DNA of 57,752 nucleotides, filler included, from Basidioascus undulatus (lineage: Eukaryota), in the NCBI GenBank assembly GCA_000826855.1. It is 6 parts of 6 records of this genome, joined end to end, with 100 filler letters (N's around TTAATTAATTAA, not from the genome) between each part and the next. Parts side by side here need not be neighbours in the genome. Positions count along the whole stretch, not along the records: positions 28,988 to 38,531 come from JTLS01001245.1; positions 38,632 to 48,159 come from JTLS01001246.1; 4 more parts are not named here. One strand, given 5' to 3'. The notes below the pieces were generated by a model. It was given only the letters and a program-made list of their open reading frames with translations, did not search any database and had not been told where the DNA came from. Within the stretch, counting starts at the first letter, position 1; each line of letters begins with the position of its first letter. Position numbers and translations under genes: made by a program. Below are positions 34,870 through 48,259 of the stretch, in pieces.

Positions 34870-35543
34870 AGATCTGACCTCTCCCGTCGCATTAGCGCAG
34901 ACCCTGGTTCCTTTACCCGTTCAACGCTCACTTTCTCAAAGGGCCACCAGGCGCAGCTGCTCAAGCCTTTCAATTTCATGACCTGCCTCCAGCACGCCGA
35001 GTTATCAGGCTTTACATAACGCTTCTCTCGGCGCTCCATTCGTTTCCGCCTTCGCGCTCAGTCCTGCAGTCGACCACTTGCGGACACTCGACATCTCCAT
35101 TCATGTGCCGCTCCATCTACTCTTTCGTGCCTCACGCGCTTATATGCGCTGCGCTGCGCGAGCTTGACGTTGAGCTGCGCTACGCTGTATCCGAATCAAA
35201 CGAGCACCATCCTTCAGCCTTGGAACTTTATTTGCTTTGATCGTTTACCCTTCGCACATCCAGAGCATACATGGTGGGAAAACAAGCCCTCGAGTCGCTG
35301 GCAGCTCTGAAGCTGCCGATGCTCAAAACCCTCGAGCTTTGGGCCTCGCGATTCCCCGCCGAAGCTCTCCACCAAGCGCTCGACGCTCTCGGATTCAACC
35401 TGAAGCATCTCCGCCTCACGTGCCCTCTGACCGTGTCAACACATCGCGCTGACTATCTTAATCTCACTTCTCCGTCTCTCGTTTCCTACGCGCCGCCGAT
35501 TTTCGAGGCATACGCCGCCGAGAGGGATGTGAAGGGAGCTTGA
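34870..35543 (+). pseudogene. LRR-like pseudogene fragment
   Basis: LxxLxL units (CLQHAELSG, HLRTLDISI, ALRELDVEL, MLKTLELW, NLKHLRLTC) interrupted by stops and frame changes. Confidence 0.45.
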
Positions 35544-37053
35544 TTCTACTTGTGCTACCGTACCCGTTCTGCTTGTTCTGCCTATTCTGCGGGGCGACGG
35601 GGAGCGCGCCGAGGACACTACGCGCAGGCACTACAGAAGGTTATAGTAGGCGAATAAGTTCGCTTACTGGACAATGGGACTCTCGTAAGGAAGCCAATTT
35701 GCCCGAGGGAACCGCTCCCTTGCGTCGGCATACCCCCATGAAAGATTAGACTGGTATGCATTATTAATATGTTCAACCATGAAGGCGAACACTTGGCTGA
35801 ACTCTTCAAGTGCCAGGTTTGCACCCAGATTGACGGATCATGAGCCTTCAACTACCCCGATTGTATGCCCTGGTTGGCTGCTGGCGTCTGACAGACATGA
35901 AAATGCCTAGTGAACCGCATGTCTCAGTGTTATTCTCCTTTGCTGGATTTCCAAGTACACCCTGTGATAGAAGCCCTACATAATTTGCTCCTATGGAACT
36001 GCTGGTCCGTGATGGTGTGATCTGCTGTTGCGGACGGTAAGAAGTCTGGTCAACGTGCGTGCCAGTATGGAAGTGGAAACGCCATGCATCCATAGGAAAT
36101 TGGTTGTTAACTCACCTCCATAAGGGCTTGTCTTTATTATGTAAGACTTAACTGATTCGTCTATCTTTGCTCTCAGATGCCCTCTCACGGAATTGTACGC
36201 AAATGGAAACGTCCAAAACCAGCTCTGCCCCCTCCTTTTGCTCTTAATCCGTCTCAGCGAAACACTGCTTCAAATGAAGAAGTATCTGCACCAACTACAT
36301 TTAATGGGATGGAAGTGAGTGATGTGTGCCACCAGGCGTCAGTGACAGTGATTGCTTGACTGCGAGATTAGTTGCTACCCTCTCACAATATACCGGGGCA
36401 AATCTGTAGAGATTCACCACCATGCTGTAAAGGTGTTTGTGCTTGCAACGCAAGGGAAGGTGGTGTGTCTTCCGTCTCCATACGCCGTAAGCTTGTACGT
36501 CGGCAGCCACCTCAGGTGTAGTTCTCCCTCTCAGTTCCTCCTCCCAGCTGCAGGGGTAAGTGAAAGACATACTCACATTTGCTTAAGGCATCATTTACGG
36601 TCAAGCATCATCTTTGCATTCGAGAAGAGCGAGATGCGGTCCATGGCTTTCAGCCATACGGAAAGTGTCTCGATGCCGAGCTATATATGCCGCTTGGAAG
36701 CCGTAGTTATTCAACCGTGAATGTGTATCCGAAAGTGGGCCTTAATTTCCAAAGTAAGTATCAGGCCTCAGTACACCGCACAAGGCGGATGGATTACTTT
36801 GGCGCCGAAGCCGAGCTCGCCTACCTGGACGCGCGTCGTAAACTGTCATGAAAAGTGAAACGCGAAAGGCACGCGTTCGGCTCGCGTTCCAACTCCTCTC
36901 GCTCACCTTCCTCGCTCACCATTCTTTCTCACCCTCTCGCCATCCGCTCGCTCACCCTCCTCATCCAATCCATCGCCCTCTCCATCCTGACCCTCTTGCT
37001 CCCCATCCAAACCCCATATACGTCATTCACCAGCAGCGCTCGAGGCCCGTCGG

Positions 37054-38531
37054 ATGGCGGAGGACGACTCGCTCTTCACCTCCGCGCGCAAGCGGATCCT
37101 GCACTCCAACTTTGCGCGGCGGCTGCAGCTCGACGCAGCGGAGGAGGCGCACAGCCCTTCCACGCGCGGTGGCTCGTCGCGCACCGCGCTCGGGTGGGAC
37201 AGGGGCTGGGACGACTCGCAATCGCAATCCCAGCCGCGTGCGCCCTCCGAGCCCAGGAGTCCCAGCCCCCCGCCAATGCCCGAGAACGTCTCGCGCTTCT
37301 TTGGGAAGATGAAGGCGCGGGAGGCTCGGCGGCAGGTGCAGAGTCCCATGGTCGACCTCACCCACTCCGCACCGCAACAGCTCCAGCCGCCCCCGCCGCC
37401 AAAATTCCATGCTTCCTCGTCCTCGTCCCCCCTCCGTCCACCCCACAGAGTGCGCCGCCCGAGAGAGCCGAGTCCGGATTGGCCTTCTTCCCTCCCCTCC
37501 AATGGTCCACCTAGTCGTCCCGCGTCCAGCACCCGCGGAGCGGACATCGACATCACTATGGCGAGCGAGCTGTCGGGCAGCGACGTGGAGGTCGCGCCGG
37601 TGGATGAGGCGGAGGACGAGGAGGAGGAGGTACTTGCGGGGCTGGATGTGGGATCTGGGTCTGGTGCGTCTGGCGTTCCCTCGTACCTTTGCGTTCCTGC
37701 TGAGCTTCGTTTCATCACAGGCTCCCGCCCCCGCTCCTCCAACCCACATTCCTCCCGTGCGCCCTTCCTCCCCCTTCCCTATCACCCTCCCATTCCATCT
37801 TCCTGACCCCGAGTTCCCACAGATTCAACAACAACCACAACAAACACAACAACCACCCGCTCTTCCTGTGCGTTCTCCCTCCTCGCCCCTCTCTTCCTCT
37901 CCTCTCCCCTCTCTGTCGTCCTTTTTCTGTCCCTTCCTCTCCCTCTTTTCCCCATTATCTTCAACTTGCTCTGACCCTTCCTGCGAGCTCCTCGTCTATT
38001 CGCTCCGGCTCTCGCTTACCCACCTCCTACCCACAGGCAAGACCCCCGCATCTCTCTCGAAACTCCCCGAAATCGAGATAGACGCCGACGAGCTCGCGGA
38101 CCTCGCGCTCAACGCATCCCGCGCGGAGCTCGAGCGGCCGGGGCACACGCACGAGGATTCCATCGAGAGGAAGAGGGCGGGGGCGATGAGTGCGTCGCTC
38201 TCTCCTCCTTTCCTTCCTCTCCTCCTTTCCTACTTCCTCCTCTCCATCCTTGTTTCCTGTCTCGTCATCTTTCATTCTATGTCTTCCCCTGTTTCCATGT
38301 TTATAGAACTGATGATAATGATGAACTGCAATCCCCCGGGCAGACCGACTCCGCGCCACCCGCCTCCGCCCATCCTCCACCTCGCACTCCCCCCATCCCC
38401 CTCCTCCTCCTGCCCACAAACCGCGCACGCTCGTACCCTCCTCCTCGCAGGAACAGCCGTCGTACCCCGCCTCCGCCCGCAGCAGCGCAGGCGAGTCGTC
38501 GCCGGGGCGGAAGCGGCGGGTGGAGGGAGAG
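37054..38531 (+). CDS. Hypothetical low-complexity protein, 3' truncated
   Basis: GC-rich frame from MAEDDSLFTSARKRILHSNF with pyrimidine-rich introns and exon KTPASLSKLPEIEIDADEL...; no domain recognised. Confidence 0.55.
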
Positions 38532-38631
38532 NNNNNNNNNNNNNNNNNNNNNNNNNNNNNNNNNNNNNNNNNNNNTTAATTAATTAANNNNNNNNNNNNN
38601 NNNNNNNNNNNNNNNNNNNNNNNNNNNNNNN
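38532..38631. other. Artificial contig linker
   Basis: N44-TTAATTAATTAA-N44. Confidence 0.98.
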
Positions 38632-38639
38632 CGAATATC

Positions 38640-38711
38640 TCCTCGTTGGTGTAGTGGCTAACATCGGGTGTTCTCACCGCCCAGCCCCGGGTTCGATTCC
38701 CGGACGGGGAA
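38640..38711 (+). tRNA. tRNA-Glu(CTC), intronless
   Basis: Acceptor stem TCCTCGT/ACGGGGA, anticodon arm GGGTG-TTCTCAC-CGCCC, T-loop GGTTCGATTCC, T-rich 3' flank. Confidence 0.95.
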
Positions 38712-39163
38712 TGTTTCTTTTGCTCCCAAGCCATCTGGGCTTACTCGTCTATCTTTATCGTTAGCGAGAAGAATTTTTTTCCTTCACCCGCTCGACAATC
38801 TCCATCTTGTAAGGTAGCATGTGGCTGACGCTTTTAATCAGTTTGTAACACGGGCTGGCGAGACTGGCGAATCACAAGCCGAAAAGTGCTGTCGAGCGCG
38901 GGTGACGATGCGAAGGCCGCCTACTTTCCAAGTAGTCGCCCACGAATAGCGTAGAGATGCCGTGATACATCCGGCTGAACGTGTCAAACTGACGGTGCTC
39001 GCAAGGAAGAATGACCGGCTCAGCAGGCATCTTAAGCTTGAGCGCCTGAGCCAAGTTCCCGTGCATACAACTTCAAAGAGCTCAGACAATCGTTCTATCA
39101 TGCGTTTCAATAACCCTTTCACCCTCTCCAGCGTACAAGCACTCCCGCTCAACACCAAGCGCC

Positions 39164-41502
39164 CTACTGCTTGTTGTGCTCCTTCTCGATGAACTGTTCG
39201 GATGCGAGCATCATCGCAAGTCAGGATCTGTTCAAACCGGCAAGGGAACGAGGAACGAGACGCACCTTCGCGATAGTCTGCAGCTGGATGTCTATTCGCC
39301 ACAGCGCCGTGAGCCTTGGTATAAAGGCGCAGCTCACGAGACCGAAAGGAAAGAGATAACGTACTGCTCGTGCCCTGGAGACAGACGCACAGACAGATAT
39401 CAGCCACATTCTTTCCGAAAGAACCCTCGGAGGGTTTGAAACGCACCTCGTAGATCGCACCAATCTTGCTGTCACGCCAGTACTTCTCGATGCCCGTCTC
39501 GCGCGTGAACCCGACGCCGCCGGCCCACTCGATCGCCGCGCCCGACGCGCGCTGGGCGACCTGCACCAACGGAACAGTCCACCAGTCAGCGGAGGCAGTC
39601 ACATGGTAGCGCGGATGGGATGAGCGAGAGACGAACCTGGGAAGAGTACCACTTCGCCATGGCCGCCTCCTTCGTGAATGACTTGCCCTCCTCCTTCCTC
39701 CGCGCCGCGTTGTACGTCAACAGCCGCGCAGCCTCGATCTCGGTCGCAACCTCCGCGAACTGGACCTGCATCGCCTGTTCTCCGTCCCGCAGACGCGTTC
39801 AGTCGCCTGAGAGCAGAGGTGGAACGGGTGGCAAGGGCGGGGAGTGGAGACGAACCTGGAACGTCCCCACGGGCTTGCCGAATTGCTTGCGCTCGTAAGT
39901 GTAGGGCACGGACTTGTTGAACGCTCCGGCGGCGAGACCGATCATCTGCGCGGCACTGCCGTATGGCCGATACGCCCCAGTCAGCCCAGCCGAGATGGGA
40001 AACACTGTGAAGGGAGCAAGGGACGAACATGCCGACACGGCCCTCGTTCAGGATCTCGATGGCAATCTTGCTGTTCATGCGCCGAAGGTCGGGGAGAGTC
40101 AGCAAGTGGTGCGGGAAGAAGGGATTGGAGGGGTGATCAAGACGCACTAGCCCTTCCCAACCTCGCCGATGACCTGGTCCAAGGGGATCTTGACATCGTC
40201 GAAGCTGAGTGTGCAGGTGGAAGAAGCGCGGATGCCGAGCTGCCGACGAACACCAATCAGCGCATTCTGGATGACCAGGAGAAGGGAAGGGTATCAAACC
40301 TTCTCCTCCTTCTTTGCAATCTGGACGCCCTGCTCCTTCTCAACGACAAAGCAGGTGATCCCTGCACATCATCGTCCACCGCGCATGAGCCACCGGCTGC
40401 CATGCATTGCGATTGAAACGCTCGAAGACGCACCCTTGTAGCCCAAGCTCGGGTCGACAGTCGCGAACACGAGGAAGATCTCGGCCTCGTTCGAGTTGGT
40501 GATCCACCTAGTGTCTCCACAGAAACCTTCAGTAAACGCCGCTGCACCCTGGGCAGAAAGATCCCAACGTACATCTTGCTGCCGTTGATGACCCAGCCGT
40601 CGTCCGTTTTCTTCGCCCGCGTCTGGAGCGCGAAGGCATCGGAGCCTGAGGCGGGCTCAGAGAGACAGAAGGAGCCGATCTGGGTGGAAGATCAGTGGTG
40701 AGAGGGTAGATGAGTAGGCGACGACGGAGGGAGAGGAACGACGCACCTTGCCGGACGTCAGCTGGGGGAGGTATTTCTTCTTCTGCTCCTCCGTCGCGTA
40801 CTTGTTGAAGATGGTGCAGACCTGTACGACCAACATCGTGAGATCTCTGCAGGTCAAGCTAGGCAGCCTGGGAGAGAAACGCACGAGCGTGTTGTGCACG
40901 TCGCACATGACGGAGACGGAGGGGTCAATCTTGGCGAGCTCTGCCACGCAGCAAACCCATCAGCACCAAAGCCTAACATTGGCTCTTCAAGAGTAGAGAC
41001 TCACCCTCGATCGCGATGATGGCACTCGTGAAGCTGCTCTCAGCGCCGCCGAACTCGGAAGGAACTTCGATGCCCATCAACTGCCACCAGCGGACGCCTG
41101 TGAGCTTCCCGAACCCCTTTTGAGTAGCCAAGCAGTACAGGAGGAACGCACCCCCTGCTCAAAGAGCCCCTTGATGATCTCCGGGTTCATATTCTCCTTC
41201 TCGTCCATCTCGCGCACCTTGGGCGCGACGACGTCCTCGGCAAAGCGGCGGACTGGTGCCCAGCCGTGCCCACAACGTCAGCTCTCCCTGTGCAGCGCTG
41301 GATTCCACAGAAAGATATACAGCTCACCAGCATCGCGGAGCATCTCCTCCTCGTCCCTGAGCACGTCCAAGCTCGTCGGCTGCTGCTCCTCGCGCAGGCG
41401 GAGCGAGACTGAGAAGCCGCGGGCGCTGGTCGAGGGGATCGCGGCGACGCGCGGGATGAAGCGCGGGGCGGCGGTGCGCATGGTGCGGGCGAGGAAGGAC
41501 AT
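39164..41502 (-). CDS. ACADSB: Mitochondrial short/branched-chain acyl-CoA dehydrogenase
   Basis: Arg/Ser-rich presequence; [93 protein letters not shown]; ends FIEKEHNKQ*. Confidence 0.93.
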
Positions 41503-42168
41503 GGCGTGGATGCTGCTTATGATGGTATGGGTCTAAGAAAAATGTATAATTAGAGTGGGAGGAGGTGATGAAGATCGAGGAAGAGCCTGAACGGGGCTCT
41601 CAACGAAGCTCGCAACGGCCAGTTATCACATGTAGCAACCGGCCCGGCGAACTCTGACCCGGATGCGGGGGCGGCGGACGTCGGACTTCGGCTGCCACAA
41701 CACCGCTCACCCGTTTCGTTTTTGAACAAATTTTCAACGGCTGCAGTACAAAGCGCTCTGTTGACACTAAGCGTTGAGCGGGAAGTAATGCCCCGAGCGA
41801 GCGTTTGCGCTTGGCAGGTCTTGATTAGTCGCTGGGCAGCGGCAGTGCAGTGGGGTGCTCGCAGCGGCACTCTCTCAGATTCTCAGGCTATGGACCTGTT
41901 ATTCTGTCCTGAGAATATTCGTTTACATGGACGGACTTTCTGTAATATGAACAAGTACACCCAGGCGACCTGAGCGACCTCCATTAGCTGCAGTTTCATT
42001 CGCGGATCTCTCGCTTGGTCTCCAGGCACTGAAGTAGTGTGTGAACTCACCGGGGTCACTAATGAATGTAAACTTCGAGTTCAAAGACAGCCTGCAAAAA
42101 AAAAATTACTACACGAAAACGCCAGTCGTTCGGGGTGCCTGGGGCGAAGGAAACGAAAGGCAAAAAGA

Positions 42169-42250
42169 TGTCGCTGGGCGGAATCGAACTGCCGTCTTCA
42201 CGGATCAAAGCAACCACAACGTGATGTACTAACCACTATACTACAGCGAC
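42169..42250 (-). tRNA. tRNA-His(GTG) with 10-nt canonical intron
   Basis: GTCGCTGTAGTATAGTGGTTAGTACATCACGTTGTGG[TTGCTTTGAT]CCGTGAAGACGGCAGTTCGATTCCGCCCAGCGACA, followed by a T5 terminator. Confidence 0.93.
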
Positions 42251-43603
42251 TTTTGTGTCTTTCTTATCTGTAAGACCCAGGACGCTATGAAGTGCAGTAT
42301 CATGAAGCCAGGCGTGAAACGCCGGTGGGGCAGGGACGAAGACAACGAGCCATGGCACTAAAAAAGGAACAGTTGAGTGGACAGCTTAAGCCCTCCTTGT
42401 TTCCTTTACACAAAGGGCTAGTGCAGCGGTATTGAATGGCCGATACCTCAAAACATAGGAATCCAATGCACTCCAATCGCGCAAAGCCAGGGGTGAATGA
42501 AGACTAGAGGAGGGGGTTCCGAGGAAGGCAGGTAGCATCAGCAAATGAAGAGAAACTAGACACGTTGCACCGTCTTATGATTGAGCCCGCGAGGGGACGG
42601 TGTATTGCTACTAATTCACGGCTCTTCCGCTGTCCATCGTACCTTCTTCTCTGACCAGCTCCACGGCACAATCGAAGCAGCATATACGAGTGTTTCCTTA
42701 TCGCGTTTTCATGCGCAGTAGGTGTGTCCGGGCCCAGAAGTTTCAGCGAGGAAGTGGCGGTAGAAGAACTCTGAATGCGCGGCCGCGTTGAAAGCGAGTC
42801 ACAGGTTGGCAGCTTCCCAAACATCAGGCAGGCAGGCAGATATGACCATCTCGGAACGTAACGCGTTGATTAAATGAACGAGGGAGAACTATACGGGGCG
42901 GGAACAGGAACGCTCTTGAGAGGGAGTAGGGGAACTGCGCGTCGTAACTATATGTCTCACGACTCCCGCGAGAAGGCCCTGCTCAAGATCCGCGTCCTGG
43001 GGCCATTCCGGCGGCGTGGAGTAAGCTGAACAAACTTACGCCATCCCCATTTACACCATAATCAGACACGAGATTACCAAAGATCATGAAAAAGATGCCC
43101 CAAAGATCAAACTGAGAGTCCATGATGGTGCACAGCGATACCATCAGAGACACCTCGGAAACTTCTAGGGCTAATTCATATAAAATTCAGTTCACTTGAT
43201 CAGACACTCGCATGCCAGGTTGAAAGTAAAGAAACTGCGCCGACATCGCGGCGTGCCGGGGCAGCCTCTCAACCAGGCGTTCTTGAGGAGTTCCAGCTCA
43301 CTATACAGTCTTTCCCGCAGAAATAATAGGGATGCCAAAACTCCTTCTAGGGATTTGCAGGCATGCGTGCAGCTGTGGCAAGCATACACTCTGAAAGCGT
43401 CTTCGCAGTCAGTCCGCGAAATGACGTTAGGGTTCCCCTTCCACCTCGCAAGCTCGCCCGCATCGCGGCGCACGCGTCGCCCATCAGCCTCAGCCTTCTC
43501 ATCGATCGCATCGCCTTCTCCAGCTCGCCTTCGCCCTTTCCTCCTCACCCCCAACTTTTGCTGGCCTATTACACTCCCCGCACACTGAGCTGGGCCGCCC
43601 AGG

Positions 43604-45101
43604 ATGTCCCGATCCTCCTACGACCGGTGCGGCCTCCCCCTGGCCGGAGCAGGCGGACCTACGTCAGCGCTCACGCTCACGCTCCGTGGGATGGGGATGG
43701 GGCAGGTTCCTGACCGTCTTTTCGCCTGAGGGGCGGCTATACCAAGTCGGTGCGTGCGCGAAAGAGAGGGGGAGACGCGGGCAGCAGGGCAGGCTGATAT
43801 GGATGGGTGGGGCGGCAGAATACGCGTTCAAGGCGATCACGGGTTCGAATCAGACTGCAATTGCGATAAGGGGCGACGACTCGGCGGTCGTTATTACGCA
43901 GAAGAAGGTCCCCGTGCGTATGATCCTCTCTGTATTCTGTTATTCCCGCCAAGTTATGCTGAGAAACGGCTGCTCCGGACAGGACAAGCTCCTCGACCCC
44001 TCGACCGTCACGCACCTGTTCGCCATCACGCCCACCATGGGCGCAGTCATGACCGGGCTGATCGGTTGCGTCCTATCCCCCTCCCCTCCTCCCTCCCATC
44101 CCCTCCCACCTTCTCCACCTTCCTCCACCTGCCTTCTCCCTTCGCCCTCCTTCCCCGTCACCCACCCCCGGCTGCTCACACCCTCCTCTCCTCCTTGGAT
44201 CGAACAGCGGACGCCCGCGGCCAAGTACAGCGCGCGCGGGCAGAGGCAGCCGAGTTCAAGTACAAGTACGGCTACGACATCGCGCCTGAGCAGCTTGCGC
44301 GGCGGATGGCCAACATCAACCAGGTTTATACGCAGCGCGCGGCGATGCGCCCGCTGGGGATCTGTGAGTCGAGTACCTGAGATCTGGAGAGCAGGCGAGA
44401 AGCAGGCGGCTAGAACAGAGCTGCTGGATGGGCGTGAGATGCTGTGTTGCGCTGGGCCAGGAAGGATCTTGCGTGTTGCCCAAGGGGCAGTCGCGTGGGT
44501 TGCTGCAGCGCGGACTTCCGTTCTTTCCCCTCCCCTCGTAGCCGAATCAGCGCTGCGGCTAAATCGCCCTTCCCCTCCCCCGCTCCCCCACGCACCAGCG
44601 ATGATCCTAATCGGACACGATCCCGAGCTCGACTTGCCGCAAGTGTTCAAGCTCGACCCCGCGGGGTACTTTGTCGGCTTCCGCGCGACGTCCGCGGGGA
44701 CGAAGCAGACGGAGGCGATGAACTACCTCGAGAAGCGCTTCAAGAAGGACAATGTTAGGCTGGCGTATGAGGATACGGTGGAGGTGCGTTTCCTCCCCCT
44801 CCCCATACATTCTCCCATCCTGGCTCCTTTTTCCCTTCTGCCCTTCCCCGCTGCCTCCTCCCCGCTTCCTCCTCTTCGCTTCCTTCCCCCCTCCCCGGCG
44901 TTCCCGAGCCGCCCCTCGCCCGGAAGCTGACCGGTGGATGGGTCGCAGATGGCAATCGAAGCTCTCGCCACCGTCCTCGCGGTCGACTTCAAGGCAGGCG
45001 AGATCGAGATCGGCGTCGTGCGCAAGGACGACCCCGCCTTCCGCGTGCTCAGCGAGGAGGAGGTCGATGGGTTCTTGCAGCGTATTGGGGAGAAGGATTG
45101 A
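43604..45101 (+). CDS. SCL1: 20S proteasome subunit alpha1 (alpha type-6)
   Basis: [84 protein letters not shown]; ends GEKD*. Confidence 0.95.
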
Positions 45102-45979
45102 GTGGGAGGTGGGTGGAGGGGAGGGAGAGGGGAAATGAAGATAGTTTGAAGAAGAGGGTTTAAAATGCGGCGTGCAGGCGTGGGAGGCGCGGTGCGAGGG
45201 TATGCGTGGGATGGCTGGTTGGGCGTGAAAGCATCGGAAAGGGCTGTCCGGTTGGGAAGAGTCGCGACGTCGGGACAGTGGGGGGAGGATTCGATACGGT
45301 TGCGCCGACTCGAGTCAGCTCGTCGCCTTGAGGACGTTCGTGCGTGGCTTCCAGAAGCGACTGCGATCTTCCCCTCGACTACGGCGCAGTCGTCTTCTGC
45401 TGCTAGAGACAGAAGGCTGGACGGTGACCGCCCGACGGCGGTATCGCGCTTCTGCTTCTCTTTCTTCATTCACCTGTTTGCAGATAAGCCGGACGAGGAA
45501 CGGTGAGCGCAGCGCAGGCGTTGCGGTTCTGCGAAGGACAACAGCAGCCAAAGGCCGCTAGGCTTGGTGTGTCGAGGAAACACAAAAGCTAGATATGCAG
45601 TCAACTCTTACACAACCAGGCCGGAACGATGGTAGCCCGTTGCCTGAAAGTGGCATTCGACTAGGCGAGCAATCATACGTGTCAGTGCGATGCAAAGTAG
45701 AGTGTCCGCCCTTTTGCCCTCTTTTGGGTCGGGCTGTCGAAGTCTGTGTACCGCAAACAGAATGTCGCTCGGCTAAAACATAGAGCGATCATCAAACTTG
45801 TTATCTCCCTGATAATGCGGTCCGGTACGAAGCTCTAAGTATGCGCGTGAGACATCGCGGACTAAAGAAACCATCCACGATGCCTACGGCTCTGACAGCT
45901 TTTCTCCCCTTCACTTTAGCTTGTAATGAGCAGGGAAGGTAAGCAAACCGTTTGTCACGGTGGGACGGATTGCATTCAA

Positions 45980-47552
45980 GATTCGAGATTCGCACTCGAA
46001 GACAGACTGCGATTGCGGAGTACGACATGGCCAGCTTCTTTCATATCGGGCCCTCGGAGACCTTGACGAACCTGAGTTCCGCCTGGCCCGATTCGCAGGT
46101 GGAAAAACTGAGGCTCGTCAACTAGTCCGGCTTCCCCGCCTTTAGCGTTGCGTCGACGTCCTCCCTCGGGAAGAAGCGGTCGTCGTAGATCGGCGGGTGC
46201 CTGCGACCTCGTAGACCTGGCACCACCGCTCGTGTCCGACGCTGAGCGGGTTGCCCAGACGAATGGAGAAGGCGACTGAGTCCGACAGCTTAGGCAGTGT
46301 GGGCCGGGCGCGGTGCCGGTCCGCGAGGAGCCTTCTGGCAGCAGACTTGCTGGGAGGAGCACCGATGTCGGGGCGGCTGGGGGTGTAGCTCCCGTGCATA
46401 GGAGAGCGCTGTCCGAGCCAGCGCGGAGGGCGCTTCCCTGCGCGTACGGTCGAGACTTCGACGAGGGACCGTCAGACGACGTCGAGTTGTATTTGAAAGA
46501 GGGGTCGAGGATGTGCGCGTCCTGCAGCGCGAGGTAGAAGAAGAAGAGGAGGGGGCGCCGGCTTGAAGTCGGCATCGAAGGAGATGAAGAAGAAATGTTT
46601 GAAATCGGTGAGAAGCACACGGCGGCACCCGATCCGCTCAGCGCAGCTGCCGCACGGGAAAGGGAGGATGCCGCCAGGTGAAGTTCGGATCAGCGGTGTA
46701 AGTCATGACAAGACAGTGAAATGTGACTTACCTTTGAAGTTGTGGGCGGATCTTAATGGCGTTGGGCGTGAGGCCGGCCTCATATGTAATTGCCTGGGGC
46801 ACCCCACATATCCATCTCGAGCGTTCCCAGCTACTACACCACATCAATCCAAGTTAGAGACCTGGATCGCGATAGAACATCAGCATCCCTAAACCAAATA
46901 CGGCTTACCTTATCCATGACCAAGACAAGCGGGTGCCCGTTCTCCCTCTCACGTAGTCGCGGCTGAAGCGCCATTGCGTCGAGGGTGCGATGGGGCTGCG
47001 GTGGATCGAGAAGAGCTTGTGGACGGCCGCCCCTTTGAAGTATGAAACGAGCCGGTCAGCCAAGCAGAAGGTGGTGCATATGGTCAAACGGGACCGTACC
47101 CTCCTCGCCCGTTCCGCCGAACACCTCGTGCGAGATGCGCACGGGGAGATAGACCTCCTTAGAGAGCAGATCCGCGACTTTCCACACAGGGCTGAGGACG
47201 AGGTCGTGTGTGGCCCAATTGGAAGAACAAGCAGGTTGGCCGACGAGGTGTTGTCAGTCAAGACAACGCCGCAGTGTTCTCCTCGCCGTAGAAAACATAG
47301 CCCTCAGTTGAAAGCGACAGTCGAGGGTTTCCTGGAGGAAGCTCGGTTTCCAAGATCGAGGGGCTGTGGAAGTGGCGGGCGATAGGCGAGGCTCGCGGTG
47401 CGAGGAACTAACTGGCTGGGGACGCGGAGGAAGAGCTCCTCCTCGTCGGAGATCGCCGAGACGGACGGATGGGTGATTGGCAAGGGCTTAGGGAGGCTCT
47501 CGAGGACTATAGTCTGGTTGAGCATGTCTGCGAACGCTTGGAGGTAATCCAT
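45980..47552 (-). pseudogene. Degraded hypothetical gene
   Basis: Protein-like segments (MDYLQAFADML...; ADLLSKEVYLPVRISHEVF; VLLTDFKHFFFISF; PLLFFFYLALQDA) in shifting frames with stops. Confidence 0.35.
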
Positions 47553-48081
47553 GGCTTCAGTGAACGAGGTGCTGGTGGTCAGAAGGAGAGAGGCGGCCGC
47601 GCCTCCGCGTCCGTGTTGTTTTGTTGTTTCAAGTGCCGCGAGTCAGCTGTCATCAGTCTAATCAGCAGCTATGTATACTTTCTCCACATGCACAAAAATT
47701 TGGATTTTTCAAGAGCGGGATAAGCAAGGTCCTGCCAAATGCATTCCTCCAGACAGCGAGGTATCGCCCATACAGAGTCGACTCTTGGAGTCAACAGATT
47801 GATCTCCGCCCGTGGACGGCGTACTACACACAAAAGGAACTCGGTGAAATACTTCGTATGAATCGGGAATTTACCGCCCAGCTTCATTGCGCTACTGGAG
47901 AGGGCATCGAGAAGCAGGGACGTTACTGCAGCTGCTCGGCATTGAAGTCCAACCCCCGCGCAGTGCTTGTGATCCACATCTGCCTGATGAGTGCAATATT
48001 CGAGAAATAGAAAAACCAAGAAAAATGACCAGCTGATGAGTTGCCATTTGTCAAGGATGCCTGTGAAGGGTGCAAAAGATA

Positions 48082-48159
48082 TGTCGCTGGGCGGAATCGA
48101 ACTGCCGTCTTCACGGATCAAGCAACCACAACGTGATGTACTAACCACTATACTACAGC
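48082..48159 (-). tRNA. Second tRNA-His(GTG), 9-nt intron, first 3 nt cut by contig end
   Basis: Mature sequence identical to 42169-42250 where present; intron TTGCTTGAT; T4 terminator. Confidence 0.9.
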
Positions 48160-48259
48160 NNNNNNNNNNNNNNNNNNNNNNNNNNNNNNNNNNNNNNNNN
48201 NNNTTAATTAATTAANNNNNNNNNNNNNNNNNNNNNNNNNNNNNNNNNNNNNNNNNNNN
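48160..48259. other. Artificial contig linker
   Basis: N44-TTAATTAATTAA-N44. Confidence 0.98.

Noticed and set aside
39140..39166. Stop-codon read-through giving a cryptic peroxisomal signal on the acyl-CoA dehydrogenase
   Set aside because: TAG is followed by GGC GCT TGG TGT TGA, with no read-through context and no SKL-like end.
43686..44930. 414-aa ORF as an unusually long proteasome subunit
   Set aside because: Read-through of stop-free introns; splicing gives a normal-sized alpha1 subunit.
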